A stretch of 64,000 bases of DNA from the NCBI GenBank assembly GCA_045535075.1, contig JAZSKX010000002.1, forward strand, positions 1 through 64,000, read 5' to 3'. The translations under genes and the position numbers were made by a program. Positions 41,390 to 51,803 of the stretch are shown piece by piece. The notes beneath the pieces are model-generated. The model was given only the letters and a program-made list of their open reading frames with translations, ran no database searches and was not told the DNA's origin. Source of the DNA: Candidatus Spyradenecus sp. Lineage in GTDB: Bacteria; Verrucomicrobiota; Verrucomicrobiia; Opitutales; UBA953. How positions within the stretch are numbered: the first letter of the stretch is position 1; each line of letters starts with the position of its first letter.

Positions 41390-42769
41390 TCAGCTTTCCG
41401 GATCCATTGCAATCAGATACGCGATTGCGGCAATGGCTTCGCGGTAATCGTATTCAGCCGTAACGGAAGCCGCTCTCGCCTCCGTCAACGAAACCTGCGC
41501 GTCCGTTCGGTCGAGAGCCGAAGCCTTCCCGACGCGGAATTGCTCGGTTACGATATCGAAATTTTCTTTTGACGCGCGCTCGGAGAGTTGCGCAACTTCG
41601 CGTTGCTTTTTTGCACGCGTGAGGTTGAGCGCCGCCGTGCAAATTTTCGCATAAAGTTCCTGCTCGTAAGCAGCGACACGGCTTCGGGCAATCCGTAATT
41701 GCGCAACGGCGTTTTCAATCGCCCGGACATTTTTTCCGCCGTCGAAAACGTTCTGAGCAATCTTTGCCGTGCCGATAAGATTCCAGATTTTCGGCATATC
41801 CAAGTCGTCGCCTTCGAGTGATGCCGTAAAATTCAGGCCGAGCGACGGATACAAGTCCGCGATCGTTTTGTCGACATAAGCCGACGCCGCCTTCTCACGT
41901 GCAATCAATTCTGCAAGCCCGGGCTCGCGTTCCCGCGCAATCGTCATAAGCACTTCGACATCGCCGACAAAAGTCCCCATGACGTTCCCGCCGATTTCAT
42001 AATTCGGGGATTCCGCAAAACCAAGCGCAAGATTCAATTCCGCACGCGCCGTCTTTATGCGGTTCTGCGTATTAATACTCTGGAGGACTGCGTTGTTATA
42101 GTCGACTTCCGCTTTCGTGCAATCGTATTTCGTCCCTTTTTGCGCCTCATATTTTGCGAGCATTTGCGTAAGATGCTCCTTGTATTGGGCAACCGATTGC
42201 TCGGCAACGACATTTAACTCGGTACTTCGGCGAAGCTCAAAATAAGCTTTTCTTACGTTGTAACGCACAAGATTTTCCGCCGAAAGCAGAGCTTTTTCCG
42301 CCGAAAGCAATTCGGCAAGCGCCTTTTGGAAGCGCGCGTCCGTTTTCCCGAAGTCCCAAAGCAACAATTCAAGCGATAAACCGACTTTGCTTCCGCCGTC
42401 GCTGTGGAAACTCTGCCCGTGCGAAGAATTATTATGGGTTCCGCGCGAATATGATGCCGTTGCATCAATCTTCGGCTCGTAATCCGATCGCACGTCCTTC
42501 ACGGCGAGTTCCGCCGCAATAACGGCTTGGCGGGCCTGAAAGACCTTCGGATTCGCGTCGAGCGCGATTCCTTCGAAGTCGCTAAGAGACAGCGCGATTC
42601 CCGCCGGGAATCCGTATTCGGAGAAAGAAACGGTGCGTTCGCCGCGCAAACGATTCGCCGCGTCTTGTGCTTCCCGCGCCTCCTCTACCGTCGAGCACGC
42701 CGTTCCCGCGAGCAACGTTCCCGCCGCCAGCATCAGCCAAAAATTTTTTACTCTAAACTCAGTTTTCAT
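41390..42769 (-). CDS. TolC family outer membrane efflux lipoprotein
   Basis: Lipobox-like AGTAC; two OEP repeats (LLWDFG, NVFDGG); TAATG coupling to the RND gene. Confidence 0.9.
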   Translation of the reverse strand: MKTEFRVKNFWLMLAAGTLLAGTACSTVEEAREAQDAANRLRGERTVSFSEYGFPAGIALSLSDFEGIALDANPKVFQARQAVIAAELAVKDVRSDYEPKIDATASYSRGTHNNSSHGQSFHSDGGSKVGLSLELLLWDFGKTDARFQKALAELLSAEKALLSAENLVRYNVRKAYFELRRSTELNVVAEQSVAQYKEHLTQMLAKYEAQKGTKYDCTKAEVDYNNAVLQSINTQNRIKTARAELNLALGFAESPNYEIGGNVMGTFVGDVEVLMTIAREREPGLAELIAREKAASAYVDKTIADLYPSLGLNFTASLEGDDLDMPKIWNLIGTAKIAQNVFDGGKNVRAIENAVAQLRIARSRVAAYEQELYAKICTAALNLTRAKKQREVAQLSERASKENFDIVTEQFRVGKASALDRTDAQVSLTEARAASVTAEYDYREAIAAIAYLIAMDPES

Positions 42770-45700
42770 TATTTTTCCTCTTCGTTTCGGGATTCGGCGA
42801 TTTCGGCGGAAATAGCGGCAACGGCTTCCGCAGTCGGTGCGTCCGGGATATTTGCCGGTTTGCGGCAAAATTCACGCATCCGCTGGAAAAGCGCATAAAG
42901 CGCCGGGGCAAAAATAATTCCGATAAGCGTTGCGGCGAGCATTCCCGTAAACGTCGTTACGCCGATTGCACGGCGGGAACCGGCGCCTGCGCCCGTTGCA
43001 ATAACGAGCGGGAACACGCCGAACAGGAAGGACCACGCCGTCATCAACACGGCGCGAAAGCGCAAAGACGCTCCGAGCATTGCAGCTTCTTTGATGGAAT
43101 AACCGGCTTCCCGAGACTGTTTCGAAAATTCAATCATCAGAATTGCGTTTTTCGCGGAAAGCCCGATGAGCATGACAAGCCCGAGTTGCGCATAAATGCT
43201 CAACGACAAGCCCCAAACAAGCAGACCGACCAAAGCCCCGAATGTCGGAATCGTCACGGTCAACATAACGGGAACGGGAATCGTCCAACTTTCGTATTGA
43301 GCGACAAGGAAAAGATACGCGAAAAGCATCGCCAGAGCCATGATAAGGACGATTTGCCCTTCGTTTTGGCGCTCCTGATAGCTTTGTCCTTTCCACTCGA
43401 AATGGTAGCCCTGCGGGAGCTTCATGTTCTCAAGCAACTCCATAACTTCGCCCGAGGTATAGCCTTCGGCAACCTGCACGGAAAGATCCGCCGCCGTCAT
43501 TTTGTTGAAGCGCTGAATTTCCGTCGGCCCGACCGTGTAGCGCAATGTCGCCAGCGATGCCAACGGCACCATTTCCCCGGATTTACTTTGTATGAGCACG
43601 CCGCGAATATCATCCTGCGTCACGCGGAAAGCCTTGTCCGCCTGCATTTTTACGTAGAATGAATCCCCCGCGAAGTTAAAATCATTGATATAAAACGACG
43701 CGAGAAAACTCTGAAGCGTCGAGAAAATCGAGCTGACGGGAACGCCCAGAGACTCGGCTTTTTCGCGATCGATATCAAGAAAGAGCTGCGCGGTATCGGC
43801 GTTGTAAGAGGAGCTTGCGCGGCGCACCTGCGGGAGCTGATTCAAGTCGGCAACGAGATTTTTAACAACCGAGGAAAGCTCCGTCGGAGAAATATCGCCT
43901 TCGCCGCAAAGCACGGCGGAAACCCCGCCGACGCTTCCCAAGCCCATAATTGCAGGCGGCGTAAAGAAAATGATTTTTGCCTCGGGAATATCCGATGTAA
44001 CCTCCTGCAATTTGGCGACGATCGCGCTAAGCTGCGTTTCCGGAGTTTGGCGATGTTCCCAATCTTCAAGACGAATAAAGCCCATGGCGACATTTTCGCC
44101 GTTGGCGCTCATTTGACTGCGCCCGGGAATCGTCATCACGGACTGCACTCCGGGAACGGCACGAATGCGTTCCCGCACCTTGTCGAGCGTCGCCTCGGTG
44201 CGCATAATCGTTGCGCCCGGTGCCAACTCGATATTCATCATAACGGAGCCTTTATCCTCGTCCGGCAAAAACGACCCCGGAATTTTTTCCGAGAAAAACC
44301 AAATTCCGGCGAAGAACAAAAGCATGAAGCCGACCGTCAACGACGCACGGCGAACGAGGCGAAGAACAAATTTAATGTAAATTTCCTTCGTTCCCGAAAG
44401 GAAATTATTGAACGCGACAAAAATGCGCGACGTGCTTTTTGTCGGCGGACGCAAAATCAAGGCGCAAAGCGCCGGGCTGAGCGTCAGCGCAACGACCGTC
44501 GAAAGCGTCAGCGCAATACACATCGTTACCGAGAACTGCATGTAAATGCGCCCGACCATGCCGCCGTAAAACGCAAGCGGCACATAACAGGCAATCGTAA
44601 CGAGCGTTGTCGCGATAATCGCTCCCGTAATTTGAGACATGCTTTTAATCGCCGCTTCTTTTGCGCCCAGCCCTTCCCGCGACATCAGCGACTGGCAGTT
44701 TTCGACGACGACAATCGCATCGTCCACAAGCGAACCGATAACGAGAATCAATCCGAACATCGTCAGCACGTTCACGCTGTAATCCATCAGATACATGAAC
44801 GTGAACGTCCCCACAAGCGCGACGGGAATGGCGATTGCGGGAACGAGCGTCGCGCGCCAATCCTGAAGAAAAACGTAGGTCACCAAAACGACAAGCAGGA
44901 GTGCGACGATAATCGTTTCGACGATTTCATTAATCGAAACGACGATAAACTTTGTCGGATCGTAGGAAACTTCGTACGAAATTCCTGCGGGAAAACGCTT
45001 TGCCATGTCTTCGAGCAAGGCGTTGACTTTCCTGACTGTCGCCAGCGCATTGGAATCGCTGTTGCGATAAATTCCCAAGCCGACGGTTTCCTTACCGTTA
45101 AAGCTCCCGCGCCCGGCGTAAGATTTCGAGCCGAGCTCCACGCGGGCGACGTCTTTCAGGCGGAGAATACTGCCGTCGGAATCCGTCCGGACAATAATAT
45201 CGCCGAATTCTTCCGCCGTTTTCAAACGTCCCTGAACGTTCAGTTTGAATTGAAGAAATTCATTGCCCTGCTCCGAGCCGAGCGTTCCCGCCGCCGCCTG
45301 AATATTTTGCGATTCAACGGCATCGGAAATGTCGTTTGTCGACAATCCCAATCCCGCCAAACGCACAGGATCGAGCCAAATACGCATCGAATAAACGTCG
45401 CCGCCCATCACATCGGCGGAAGAAACTCCGTCTACACGGGAAATCGCATCGCAAACCGTCGTTGAAATGTAATTACTCAATTCCTGCGTATTCATCGACG
45501 TCCCGTCGGTCGCAAACGCATACATCGCAAGAATGTCGTTGCTTCGTTTACGCACCTGAACGCCGGTACGCTGAACTTCCGAGGGCAATTTCCGCTCGGC
45601 GCGTTTGATGGCATTTTGGACATTGACCATCGCAATGTCGTCGTTCACGCCCGTTTTAAATGAAATCCCGCAGGAATATTGCCCGTCGTTACTGCAGGTC

Positions 45701-45942
45701 GACGAGAAATAAAGCATGTCTTCGAGACCGTTGATTTCGGCATCGAGCGGCGTTGCAATAACGTCGCGCACGGTTTCGGCGCTCGCGCCCGTGTAGCTGG
45801 CGGAAACTCGGATGCTCGGCGGAGCAATATCGGGATACTCCTCGACGGGAAGGCGCATCAGGCAAAGCAATCCCGCAAGGAACATTACAAGGCTGATTAC
45901 CGCCGCAAAGCGCGGACGCTCAATAAAAATTCGGGAAAACAT
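42769..45942 (-). CDS. RND efflux transporter permease (AcrB/HAE1 family)
   Basis: [56 protein letters not shown]. Confidence 0.96.
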   Translation of the reverse strand: MFSRIFIERPRFAAVISLVMFLAGLLCLMRLPVEEYPDIAPPSIRVSASYTGASAETVRDVIATPLDAEINGLEDMLYFSSTCSNDGQYSCGISFKTGVNDDIAMVNVQNAIKRAERKLPSEVQRTGVQVRKRSNDILAMYAFATDGTSMNTQELSNYISTTVCDAISRVDGVSSADVMGGDVYSMRIWLDPVRLAGLGLSTNDISDAVESQNIQAAAGTLGSEQGNEFLQFKLNVQGRLKTAEEFGDIIVRTDSDGSILRLKDVARVELGSKSYAGRGSFNGKETVGLGIYRNSDSNALATVRKVNALLEDMAKRFPAGISYEVSYDPTKFIVVSINEIVETIIVALLLVVLVTYVFLQDWRATLVPAIAIPVALVGTFTFMYLMDYSVNVLTMFGLILVIGSLVDDAIVVVENCQSLMSREGLGAKEAAIKSMSQITGAIIATTLVTIACYVPLAFYGGMVGRIYMQFSVTMCIALTLSTVVALTLSPALCALILRPPTKSTSRIFVAFNNFLSGTKEIYIKFVLRLVRRASLTVGFMLLFFAGIWFFSEKIPGSFLPDEDKGSVMMNIELAPGATIMRTEATLDKVRERIRAVPGVQSVMTIPGRSQMSANGENVAMGFIRLEDWEHRQTPETQLSAIVAKLQEVTSDIPEAKIIFFTPPAIMGLGSVGGVSAVLCGEGDISPTELSSVVKNLVADLNQLPQVRRASSSYNADTAQLFLDIDREKAESLGVPVSSIFSTLQSFLASFYINDFNFAGDSFYVKMQADKAFRVTQDDIRGVLIQSKSGEMVPLASLATLRYTVGPTEIQRFNKMTAADLSVQVAEGYTSGEVMELLENMKLPQGYHFEWKGQSYQERQNEGQIVLIMALAMLFAYLFLVAQYESWTIPVPVMLTVTIPTFGALVGLLVWGLSLSIYAQLGLVMLIGLSAKNAILMIEFSKQSREAGYSIKEAAMLGASLRFRAVLMTAWSFLFGVFPLVIATGAGAGSRRAIGVTTFTGMLAATLIGIIFAPALYALFQRMREFCRKPANIPDAPTAEAVAAISAEIAESRNEEEK

Positions 45943-46036
45943 TTTAACAACAAAACTCCGGCGGCAAGAAAGCAGGAAACCGGTCAACGCCTTTGCTCAA
46001 GCAAAAACCTCTCGCCGCACTATTATTCACAATTCG

Positions 46037-47128
46037 TTATTCGCTGACTTTGACTTTCCGCCCGGGAATCGCCTTGTGCGTCCCGTCGGTAACAATGCGC
46101 TCTCCGACTTTCAAACCGGATTCGACAAACTGTAAATTTTTCGTCGATTGCGCGAGCACGACATTACGGCGCTCCACCTTGTTTTCTGCGTCCAAAACGT
46201 AAACGTAAGCGCTTTCGTTGTCGTGCATCACGGCAGACGGAAGCACCGCCGGCATCCGCGTTCCCGTGCTACGACCGAGGACAACCGAAACCGTGCTCCC
46301 GGGAAGCAAAACATTATTCGGATTGGCAAAATTTGCGTAAATCTGCACCGCGTCGGTTTGTTCATTTGCGATGTTGTCGATAAAATCAATGCTTCCCGCG
46401 ATATCATAGCGCCGCCCGTCCGCGAGCGTCAGCGTAACGCTTGCCTGCTCCCGCAGATTTTTTTCCGTTCCGAAAATCTGGAGAAAATCACGATTACTCA
46501 GCGAAAAACGGACGCGCACGGGATCGCGCTGGACAATCGTCGTCAGCGTTCCCGAAGCCGGCGTAACATAGCTTCCGAGCGGAGCGGCATTGACTCCGAT
46601 TCGCCCGTCTGCGGGAGCGAGAATAACCGTATTTTTCAAATCATCCTGAGCAACAACCAAATCCGCCTCCGCCGCCGTCAGCATCGCCTTGTACGCTTCG
46701 TATTCACTACGCGCACTTTCAAGCTCGTCCTGCGTCGAAACTTCCTTGTCAAAAAGCAACTGCGTGCGCTCAAAATTTGCCTTCGAGTAAGCAATGCGCG
46801 CTTTCAATTCCGCGATTTTCGCTTCCGCGCTTTTTTGCGCCGCAACATAACGGACGTCGTCCAAGCGATAAAGGCGCTGACCTTTTTTGACGAAATCGCC
46901 TTCCTTAAACGCGACTTCCAGCAAGTCGCCGGAAACACGCGAAGTAACGGCGACAATCGACGGCGAAACAACGCGCCCGGGATAACGATGCGTAATCACG
47001 TTTTCCGCCTCACGAACCGTTCCCACGGCAACCAATTCCAAGCGTTCTTCCTGCGCCCGCGCGCCGGTCCCCGCCAGCATCGCGGCGAGCAAAACGACAA
47101 TTCCCATCCTCCAAATACGTGTATTCAT
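46037..47128 (-). CDS. RND efflux periplasmic adaptor (MFP)
   Basis: RVSGDL..V.FKEGDFVKKGQ.LY, TVILAPADGRIG, LLPGSTV, GLKVGERIV. Confidence 0.94.
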   Translation of the reverse strand: MNTRIWRMGIVVLLAAMLAGTGARAQEERLELVAVGTVREAENVITHRYPGRVVSPSIVAVTSRVSGDLLEVAFKEGDFVKKGQRLYRLDDVRYVAAQKSAEAKIAELKARIAYSKANFERTQLLFDKEVSTQDELESARSEYEAYKAMLTAAEADLVVAQDDLKNTVILAPADGRIGVNAAPLGSYVTPASGTLTTIVQRDPVRVRFSLSNRDFLQIFGTEKNLREQASVTLTLADGRRYDIAGSIDFIDNIANEQTDAVQIYANFANPNNVLLPGSTVSVVLGRSTGTRMPAVLPSAVMHDNESAYVYVLDAENKVERRNVVLAQSTKNLQFVESGLKVGERIVTDGTHKAIPGRKVKVSE

Positions 47129-47300
47129 AGGTCAAAAAAAATATTTTTTTTAGCATACAGAATAAGTATCGGCTTGGCAAAAAAGTTTTCTCAAACACGG
47201 GAACGCGCTTGCGCGGGAACACAAAAAGCACGCTCACGGAAACCCGCTTCGCGCAAGCAATATTTTTAAGACGGGAACGCGACTCCGGCGAGAGCGTCAA

Positions 47301-47957
47301 TTATTCCGCAGGCTCAAACAAATCGAGAATGTTTTCTTTCCCGACGACGAGATGGTAGGCATGCCACCCGCAGGCTTTCGCTCCCGCAACATTTGCCGCG
47401 TTGTCGTCGATAAAAAGCGATTCCGCGGGAACGACTCCCGCCGCCTGCGCCGCGCGTTCGTAAATTGCCGATTCGGGTTTTACTGAACCGAGTTCATCCG
47501 AATAAAACGTCTTCTCGAAAATCGCATCAAAATCCCCGCCGAATTGCTCACGAAACATCTCGCGAAAGCGATTTCGGTGCGGCGGATTCGTGTTGCTCAG
47601 CACAAAAATGCGATAGCGCCGTTCCCGCGCAAGCCTCCGGAGCAACTCAATGCGTGCGGGAACGAAGCCGCCGAGTAATGCATGCCACGCATTCCAAATT
47701 TTTGCTTCGGGAATATTTTCGCCGTCGGGCAACAATTTTCGAAGTTCTTCGAGAAATTTCTCCGTCGTAATCGCGCCGCGCTCGTGAGCATCAAAAAACG
47801 TTCCCGAGCCGGCTTGCGTCTGCTCGGCGCTAAGCCTTGAGACGCCGAGTTCGACAAAAGCGGCAAGCGTACGCTCCAAATGAACATCCATAATAACGCC
47901 GCCGAAGTCGAAGAAAACATTACGAATTTCGGGAGAAAAATCCTGACGAAGTTTCAT
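47301..47957 (-). CDS. HAD-superfamily phosphatase (YihX-like)
   Basis: FFDFGGVI, VLSNTN, KPESAIY, LFIDDNAANV. Confidence 0.9.
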   Translation of the reverse strand: MKLRQDFSPEIRNVFFDFGGVIMDVHLERTLAAFVELGVSRLSAEQTQAGSGTFFDAHERGAITTEKFLEELRKLLPDGENIPEAKIWNAWHALLGGFVPARIELLRRLARERRYRIFVLSNTNPPHRNRFREMFREQFGGDFDAIFEKTFYSDELGSVKPESAIYERAAQAAGVVPAESLFIDDNAANVAGAKACGWHAYHLVVGKENILDLFEPAE

Positions 47958-48092
47958 GCCGGAAACCCTATTTAAAATACACGCGAGAGCCAATAATTTT
48001 CCCGTAAAAAAATCCGAACAAAAAATCGCGGCTTGCTCGCTTAATAGATGTTTTGAGTGTTAATGAGAATAGGTTAAGTTAGAGAGAGTTGG

Positions 48093-48124
48093 CGGGCGTT
48101 CCTCAGCAGGAACGCCCGTTTTTT
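48093..48124 (+). terminator. strong intrinsic terminator upstream of sufE with no + strand CDS before it
   Basis: CGGGCGTTCCT-cagc-AGGAACGCCCG-TTTTTT. Confidence 0.75.
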
Positions 48125-48194
48125 CTCCATCGAACTCATTCATTTGCTTTTTCCTTACGGGAACACTAAGCTTGCGCGCTTTAAATTTCGTATC

Positions 48195-48605
48195 ATGTCA
48201 CTCAAGGAAAAACACGCCGAAATCGTCGCCGAATTGGAACCGTTTGAAGAGCCTCAGGAACGCTTCCAATACATCATCGACTGCGCCAAATCCGCTCCCT
48301 CGCTTCCGGAAAGCCTGCGCCGCGACGAATTCCTCGTCGAAGGCTGCACGTCGCAACTGTGGCTGATTTGCGATTTCGCTGACGGGGTTTGCCGCTTCCG
48401 AGTCGACGCCGATGCCGTTATTGCCAAGGGAATCGCCCTGCTTATCTGCAATTATTTTGACGGTGCCGCTCCCGCCGAAATCGTCGCCGACGATGCCGAT
48501 TTTCTCGCTTCGGTCGGTATCGACCAGCATCTTTCTCCCAATCGCCGCAACGGGCTCGCCAATCTCGTCGCCAAGATTCACGCTTTTGCCAAAAACTGCC
48601 GATGA
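48195..48605 (+). CDS. sufE: SufE family sulfur acceptor
   Basis: ERFQYII, VEGCTSQLWL, DADAVIAKG, HLSPNRRNGL. Confidence 0.92.
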   Translation: MSLKEKHAEIVAELEPFEEPQERFQYIIDCAKSAPSLPESLRRDEFLVEGCTSQLWLICDFADGVCRFRVDADAVIAKGIALLICNYFDGAAPAEIVADDADFLASVGIDQHLSPNRRNGLANLVAKIHAFAKNCR

Positions 48606-49477
48606 AACCGCTTCCGCAAGCCGTCGCCGAACTTTACCCGTTTGAACACAATTTTTTCGAAACTCCCTATGGGCGTATGCATTTCGTGGATACGAAGTCA
48701 GGAACGCGCGGGAACGTCGTCCTGCTTCACGGCAATCCCACGTGGTCTTTCCTTTGGCGCGATTTGATCAAGGCGCTTTCAGCAGAGGGATTTCGCTGTA
48801 TCGCGCCCGACCACATCGGGATGGGGCTTTCGGACAAGCCGCAAAAATATCTCACGCTCGCCGATCGCATCGAGCACGTCGAACACTTACTCGCCCACCT
48901 GGGGATCGAAAAATTTTCACTCTGCGTACACGATTGGGGCGGAGCCATCGGAAGCGGACTCGCCGTGCGCAACCCGCAGCAAATCGACAAACTCGTCATC
49001 ACCAACACGGCGGCGTTTCGCTCTAAAAACATTCCCAAACGCATCGCGCTTTGCAAAGCCGCCGGAATCGGTCCGTTTCTTGTCAAATATTTCAACGCCT
49101 TCGCGTATCCGGCGACGTTCATGTCCGTCACGAAAAAGCTTCCTCCCGCCGTCAAAGCCGGATTTCTCCTGCCCTACGGCTCGCCGCGGGAACGCGTCGC
49201 CGTTGCCGACTTCGTCCGCGACATTCCGCTGATTAAATCCCATCCGAGCTACAAAACGCTTCTCGACATAGAATACGGGCTCGAACTTTTAAGTAAAAAA
49301 CCGATATTCATTGCCTGGGGCGGTCGCGATTTTTGTTTCGACGACACGTTTTACGACGAATGGCGACGCCGCTTTCCGCGCGCACAAACACTCTACTGCG
49401 AAAACGCCGGGCACTACCTGCTTGAAGACGCCGGAGATCGGGTCATTCCCGCAATCTGCGATTTTCTGAAACGCTAA
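48602..49477 (+). CDS. alpha/beta hydrolase, haloalkane dehalogenase / OleB-like
   Basis: LHGNPTWSFLWR, APDHIGMGLSDKP, VHDWGGAIG (Asp nucleophile), WGGRDFCF, AGHYLLED. Confidence 0.88.
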   Translation: MKPLPQAVAELYPFEHNFFETPYGRMHFVDTKSGTRGNVVLLHGNPTWSFLWRDLIKALSAEGFRCIAPDHIGMGLSDKPQKYLTLADRIEHVEHLLAHLGIEKFSLCVHDWGGAIGSGLAVRNPQQIDKLVITNTAAFRSKNIPKRIALCKAAGIGPFLVKYFNAFAYPATFMSVTKKLPPAVKAGFLLPYGSPRERVAVADFVRDIPLIKSHPSYKTLLDIEYGLELLSKKPIFIAWGGRDFCFDDTFYDEWRRRFPRAQTLYCENAGHYLLEDAGDRVIPAICDFLKR

Positions 49478-49506
49478 ACGCGTTCCCGCCGAAACATTTT
49501 TCGCTT

Positions 49507-49872
49507 TTACGCGGGAAAACCCTGCGCATCTTCCGGGAAAAACCAAACGAAGCAGTCTTCCGGATCGCCGGAAAAGTTTTCTGCCGCCGCGATGCGGAGC
49601 GTTCCCGCGTCCGAAAGCCGGAAGAAATTTTCTTCGGGCGGACAATCGTCGAGATGAAAAATCTCCGGAGGCAGCACGATTTTTATCGGCGTTCCCGCAG
49701 GCACATCATCGCTCCCGTGCCAAGTGCCGCGCATTTCCCCAAGCGGAGTTTCCGCAAAAAATTCACAGGCGCCGGCAGCGATGATTTTTCCGTAAACCGC
49801 CTGCTCGACTTCGAGACTTTCGACGGGAACTTCGCCGCTCAACCACGCTAAAAATTTTTTGAAAAATCCCAT
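49507..49872 (-). CDS. hypothetical protein (weak TOBE-like features)
   Basis: 121-aa ORF packed 6 bp after the NUDIX gene; ETPLGEMRG...PEIFHL resembles ABC ATPase C-terminal domains. Confidence 0.65.
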   Translation of the reverse strand: MGFFKKFLAWLSGEVPVESLEVEQAVYGKIIAAGACEFFAETPLGEMRGTWHGSDDVPAGTPIKIVLPPEIFHLDDCPPEENFFRLSDAGTLRIAAAENFSGDPEDCFVWFFPEDAQGFPA

Positions 49873-49878
49873 TGCGCC

Positions 49879-50382
49879 TTAGCCGATAACTTCTTCTTCG
49901 ACGCGCACGGGAACGCCGGAGCCGCATTGTGCGCGATAAGCAAGAAACGTTCCCGCAGCAGCATGTTTGTCAAAAACGGGCCAGACAAGCACGCGATCCG
50001 TCGGCGGAATTGCAAGCGTTTCGATTTCTTCCCGCGAAAAAAATGCAAATTGTCCTTCGTCAATTTCCGGCGGGAGCGCCTCAAGCGGCTTGCGTGCATC
50101 GAAAAGAAACATCAGCCAATGCCCGCTTCCCTCGTAGCTGCGTTCGGAAACCATCCCGAAAAGATGCAAATCGTTTTGCGTCAGCTTGATGCCGGTTTCT
50201 TCCCGCGCTTCGCGAATTGCACATTCAAACGGCGATTCGCCGACAGCCATTTCAAGCTTGCCGCCGACAGGACTCCAACAGCCTTTATTCGGCGCTTTTT
50301 TTCGCTGAATCATCAGAAATTTTCCGTCCTTGTCTTTAATAAAAATCAGCACGGAAATCTTAAACGGCAAAGTCGTATTCAT
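49879..50382 (-). CDS. NUDIX hydrolase
   Basis: Nudix box GGKLEMAVGESPFECAIREAREETG. Confidence 0.92.
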   Translation of the reverse strand: MNTTLPFKISVLIFIKDKDGKFLMIQRKKAPNKGCWSPVGGKLEMAVGESPFECAIREAREETGIKLTQNDLHLFGMVSERSYEGSGHWLMFLFDARKPLEALPPEIDEGQFAFFSREEIETLAIPPTDRVLVWPVFDKHAAAGTFLAYRAQCGSGVPVRVEEEVIG

Positions 50383-50402
50383 TTTTCAAATACAAAGTTT
50401 AA

Positions 50403-51698
50403 TCACCAAACGATTGCCCAAAGCGCTTTCAGATAGCGACCTTCCGGATAATTCGACATCACGGGGTGATCCAAGCCCGGTCCCGTACGATCCAAAATCT
50501 GCAGGCGACGCCCAAGCCGATGCGCCACGCGCACAATCAGCGCTTCAAAGTCTTCAACTTTCAGCAAGCCGGAGCAGGAATTCGTCACAAACAAACCGCC
50601 TTCCTTCACGAGCGGAAGCACGACTTTGTTCATATCGTGATATTTCGCGTAGCCGTCTTCGTAATCTTCGCGTCCGTTGATGAGCTTCGGCGGATCGAGC
50701 ACGACGACATCAAAACGCTCGCCGTTTGCCTGCATTTGGCGTGCATACGTAAACGTATCGGAATGAACAAAATTGATACGCGTCTGATTCAGATTCGCAT
50801 TGCGTTTTGCCTGCGCAACGGCGTTTTCGTCCAAATCGACACCGGTTACTTCCGCCGCGTTCCCGAGCACTTTTGCCGCAATCGAAAATCCGCCCGTGTA
50901 GCAACACAAATCCAAGACGCGCTTTCCCGCACAAAGCGCCGCAAGTTTTTTGCGGTTGTCGCGCTGGTCGCAGAAAAATCCCGTCTTGTGTCCGTTTTCA
51001 AAATCCACCGCAAAGCGCAAACCGTTTTCGCGAATTTTGACTTCCCGCAAACCCGGCGTATGCGTTTCTTCGCAGGCACGCGCGTTTTCCATACTCCCGA
51101 AGCCTTTGACGAGCTGAATCGTCTCGCGCGTCGTTCCGAGCGCCTCGTGAAAAATCGGAATCCAATCTTTAATGCGCTGATAAACGGGAAGCGAAAAAAT
51201 TTCGACACTCAGAGTGTCGCCGTATTTATCGACCACCAAGCCGTTCAGCCCGTCGGCATCGCCATGCACGACGCGAAACGCGTCCGTCGCCTCCGGCAAG
51301 TGCAAAGTTTCCGTACGCAAGCGACACGCGCGACGAATCAGCGTTTCAAAATAGTCCGCAGGAAGCGGTTCTTTGGCGTGAGAAAAAATCCGAAGCGGAA
51401 TATTCGCTCCCGCGTTGTAAAAACCGTGCCCGAAGGGATTCCCTTCCTTGTCGTAAACAGTAACCTGCGCGCCGGCTTCAATTCCGCCGGAAGTCGCCCC
51501 GACAAAGCGCGGGAACACATTCGGCGAAAACGTAAAATATTTCAGCTGAACCCAAGGCTTTTGCCACGCATCACTTCCGGGCGGGAGCGGTTTTTCCGCG
51601 CCGAAGCGGCGTTCCCGCGAAAATTCTCCGCGCCGAAAATTCCCGCGCGAAACAAAATCTTTTTTGGAAAAATGCGAATTGGAAGCGTTCCCGTTCAT
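50403..51698 (-). CDS. rlmI: class I SAM-dependent rRNA methyltransferase (RlmI family)
   Basis: PUA-like N-terminus, DADGLNGLVVDKY, GHKTGFFCDQRDNR, VLDLCCYTGGF, VVLDPPK, NSCS, YLK. Confidence 0.88.
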   Translation of the reverse strand: MNGNASNSHFSKKDFVSRGNFRRGEFSRERRFGAEKPLPPGSDAWQKPWVQLKYFTFSPNVFPRFVGATSGGIEAGAQVTVYDKEGNPFGHGFYNAGANIPLRIFSHAKEPLPADYFETLIRRACRLRTETLHLPEATDAFRVVHGDADGLNGLVVDKYGDTLSVEIFSLPVYQRIKDWIPIFHEALGTTRETIQLVKGFGSMENARACEETHTPGLREVKIRENGLRFAVDFENGHKTGFFCDQRDNRKKLAALCAGKRVLDLCCYTGGFSIAAKVLGNAAEVTGVDLDENAVAQAKRNANLNQTRINFVHSDTFTYARQMQANGERFDVVVLDPPKLINGREDYEDGYAKYHDMNKVVLPLVKEGGLFVTNSCSGLLKVEDFEALIVRVAHRLGRRLQILDRTGPGLDHPVMSNYPEGRYLKALWAIVW

Positions 51699-51763
51699 GA
51701 GCGTAAACGCTATCCGTTCCCGCCGAAACTTTCAAAGATTTTCGAGGCTCTGTTCCTGAAAAT

Positions 51764-51798
51764 AAAAAAACACCGGCATCAGAACTCCGGTGTTTTTT
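51764..51798 (-). terminator. terminator after argH
   Basis: AAAAAAACACCGG-catcagaact-CCGGTGTTTTTT. Confidence 0.85.
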
Positions 51799-51803
51799 CG
51801 AAA

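Noticed and set aside
44047..45465. 472-aa + strand ORF (also 46148-47269)
   Set aside because: Antisense shadows of the RND permease and adaptor genes
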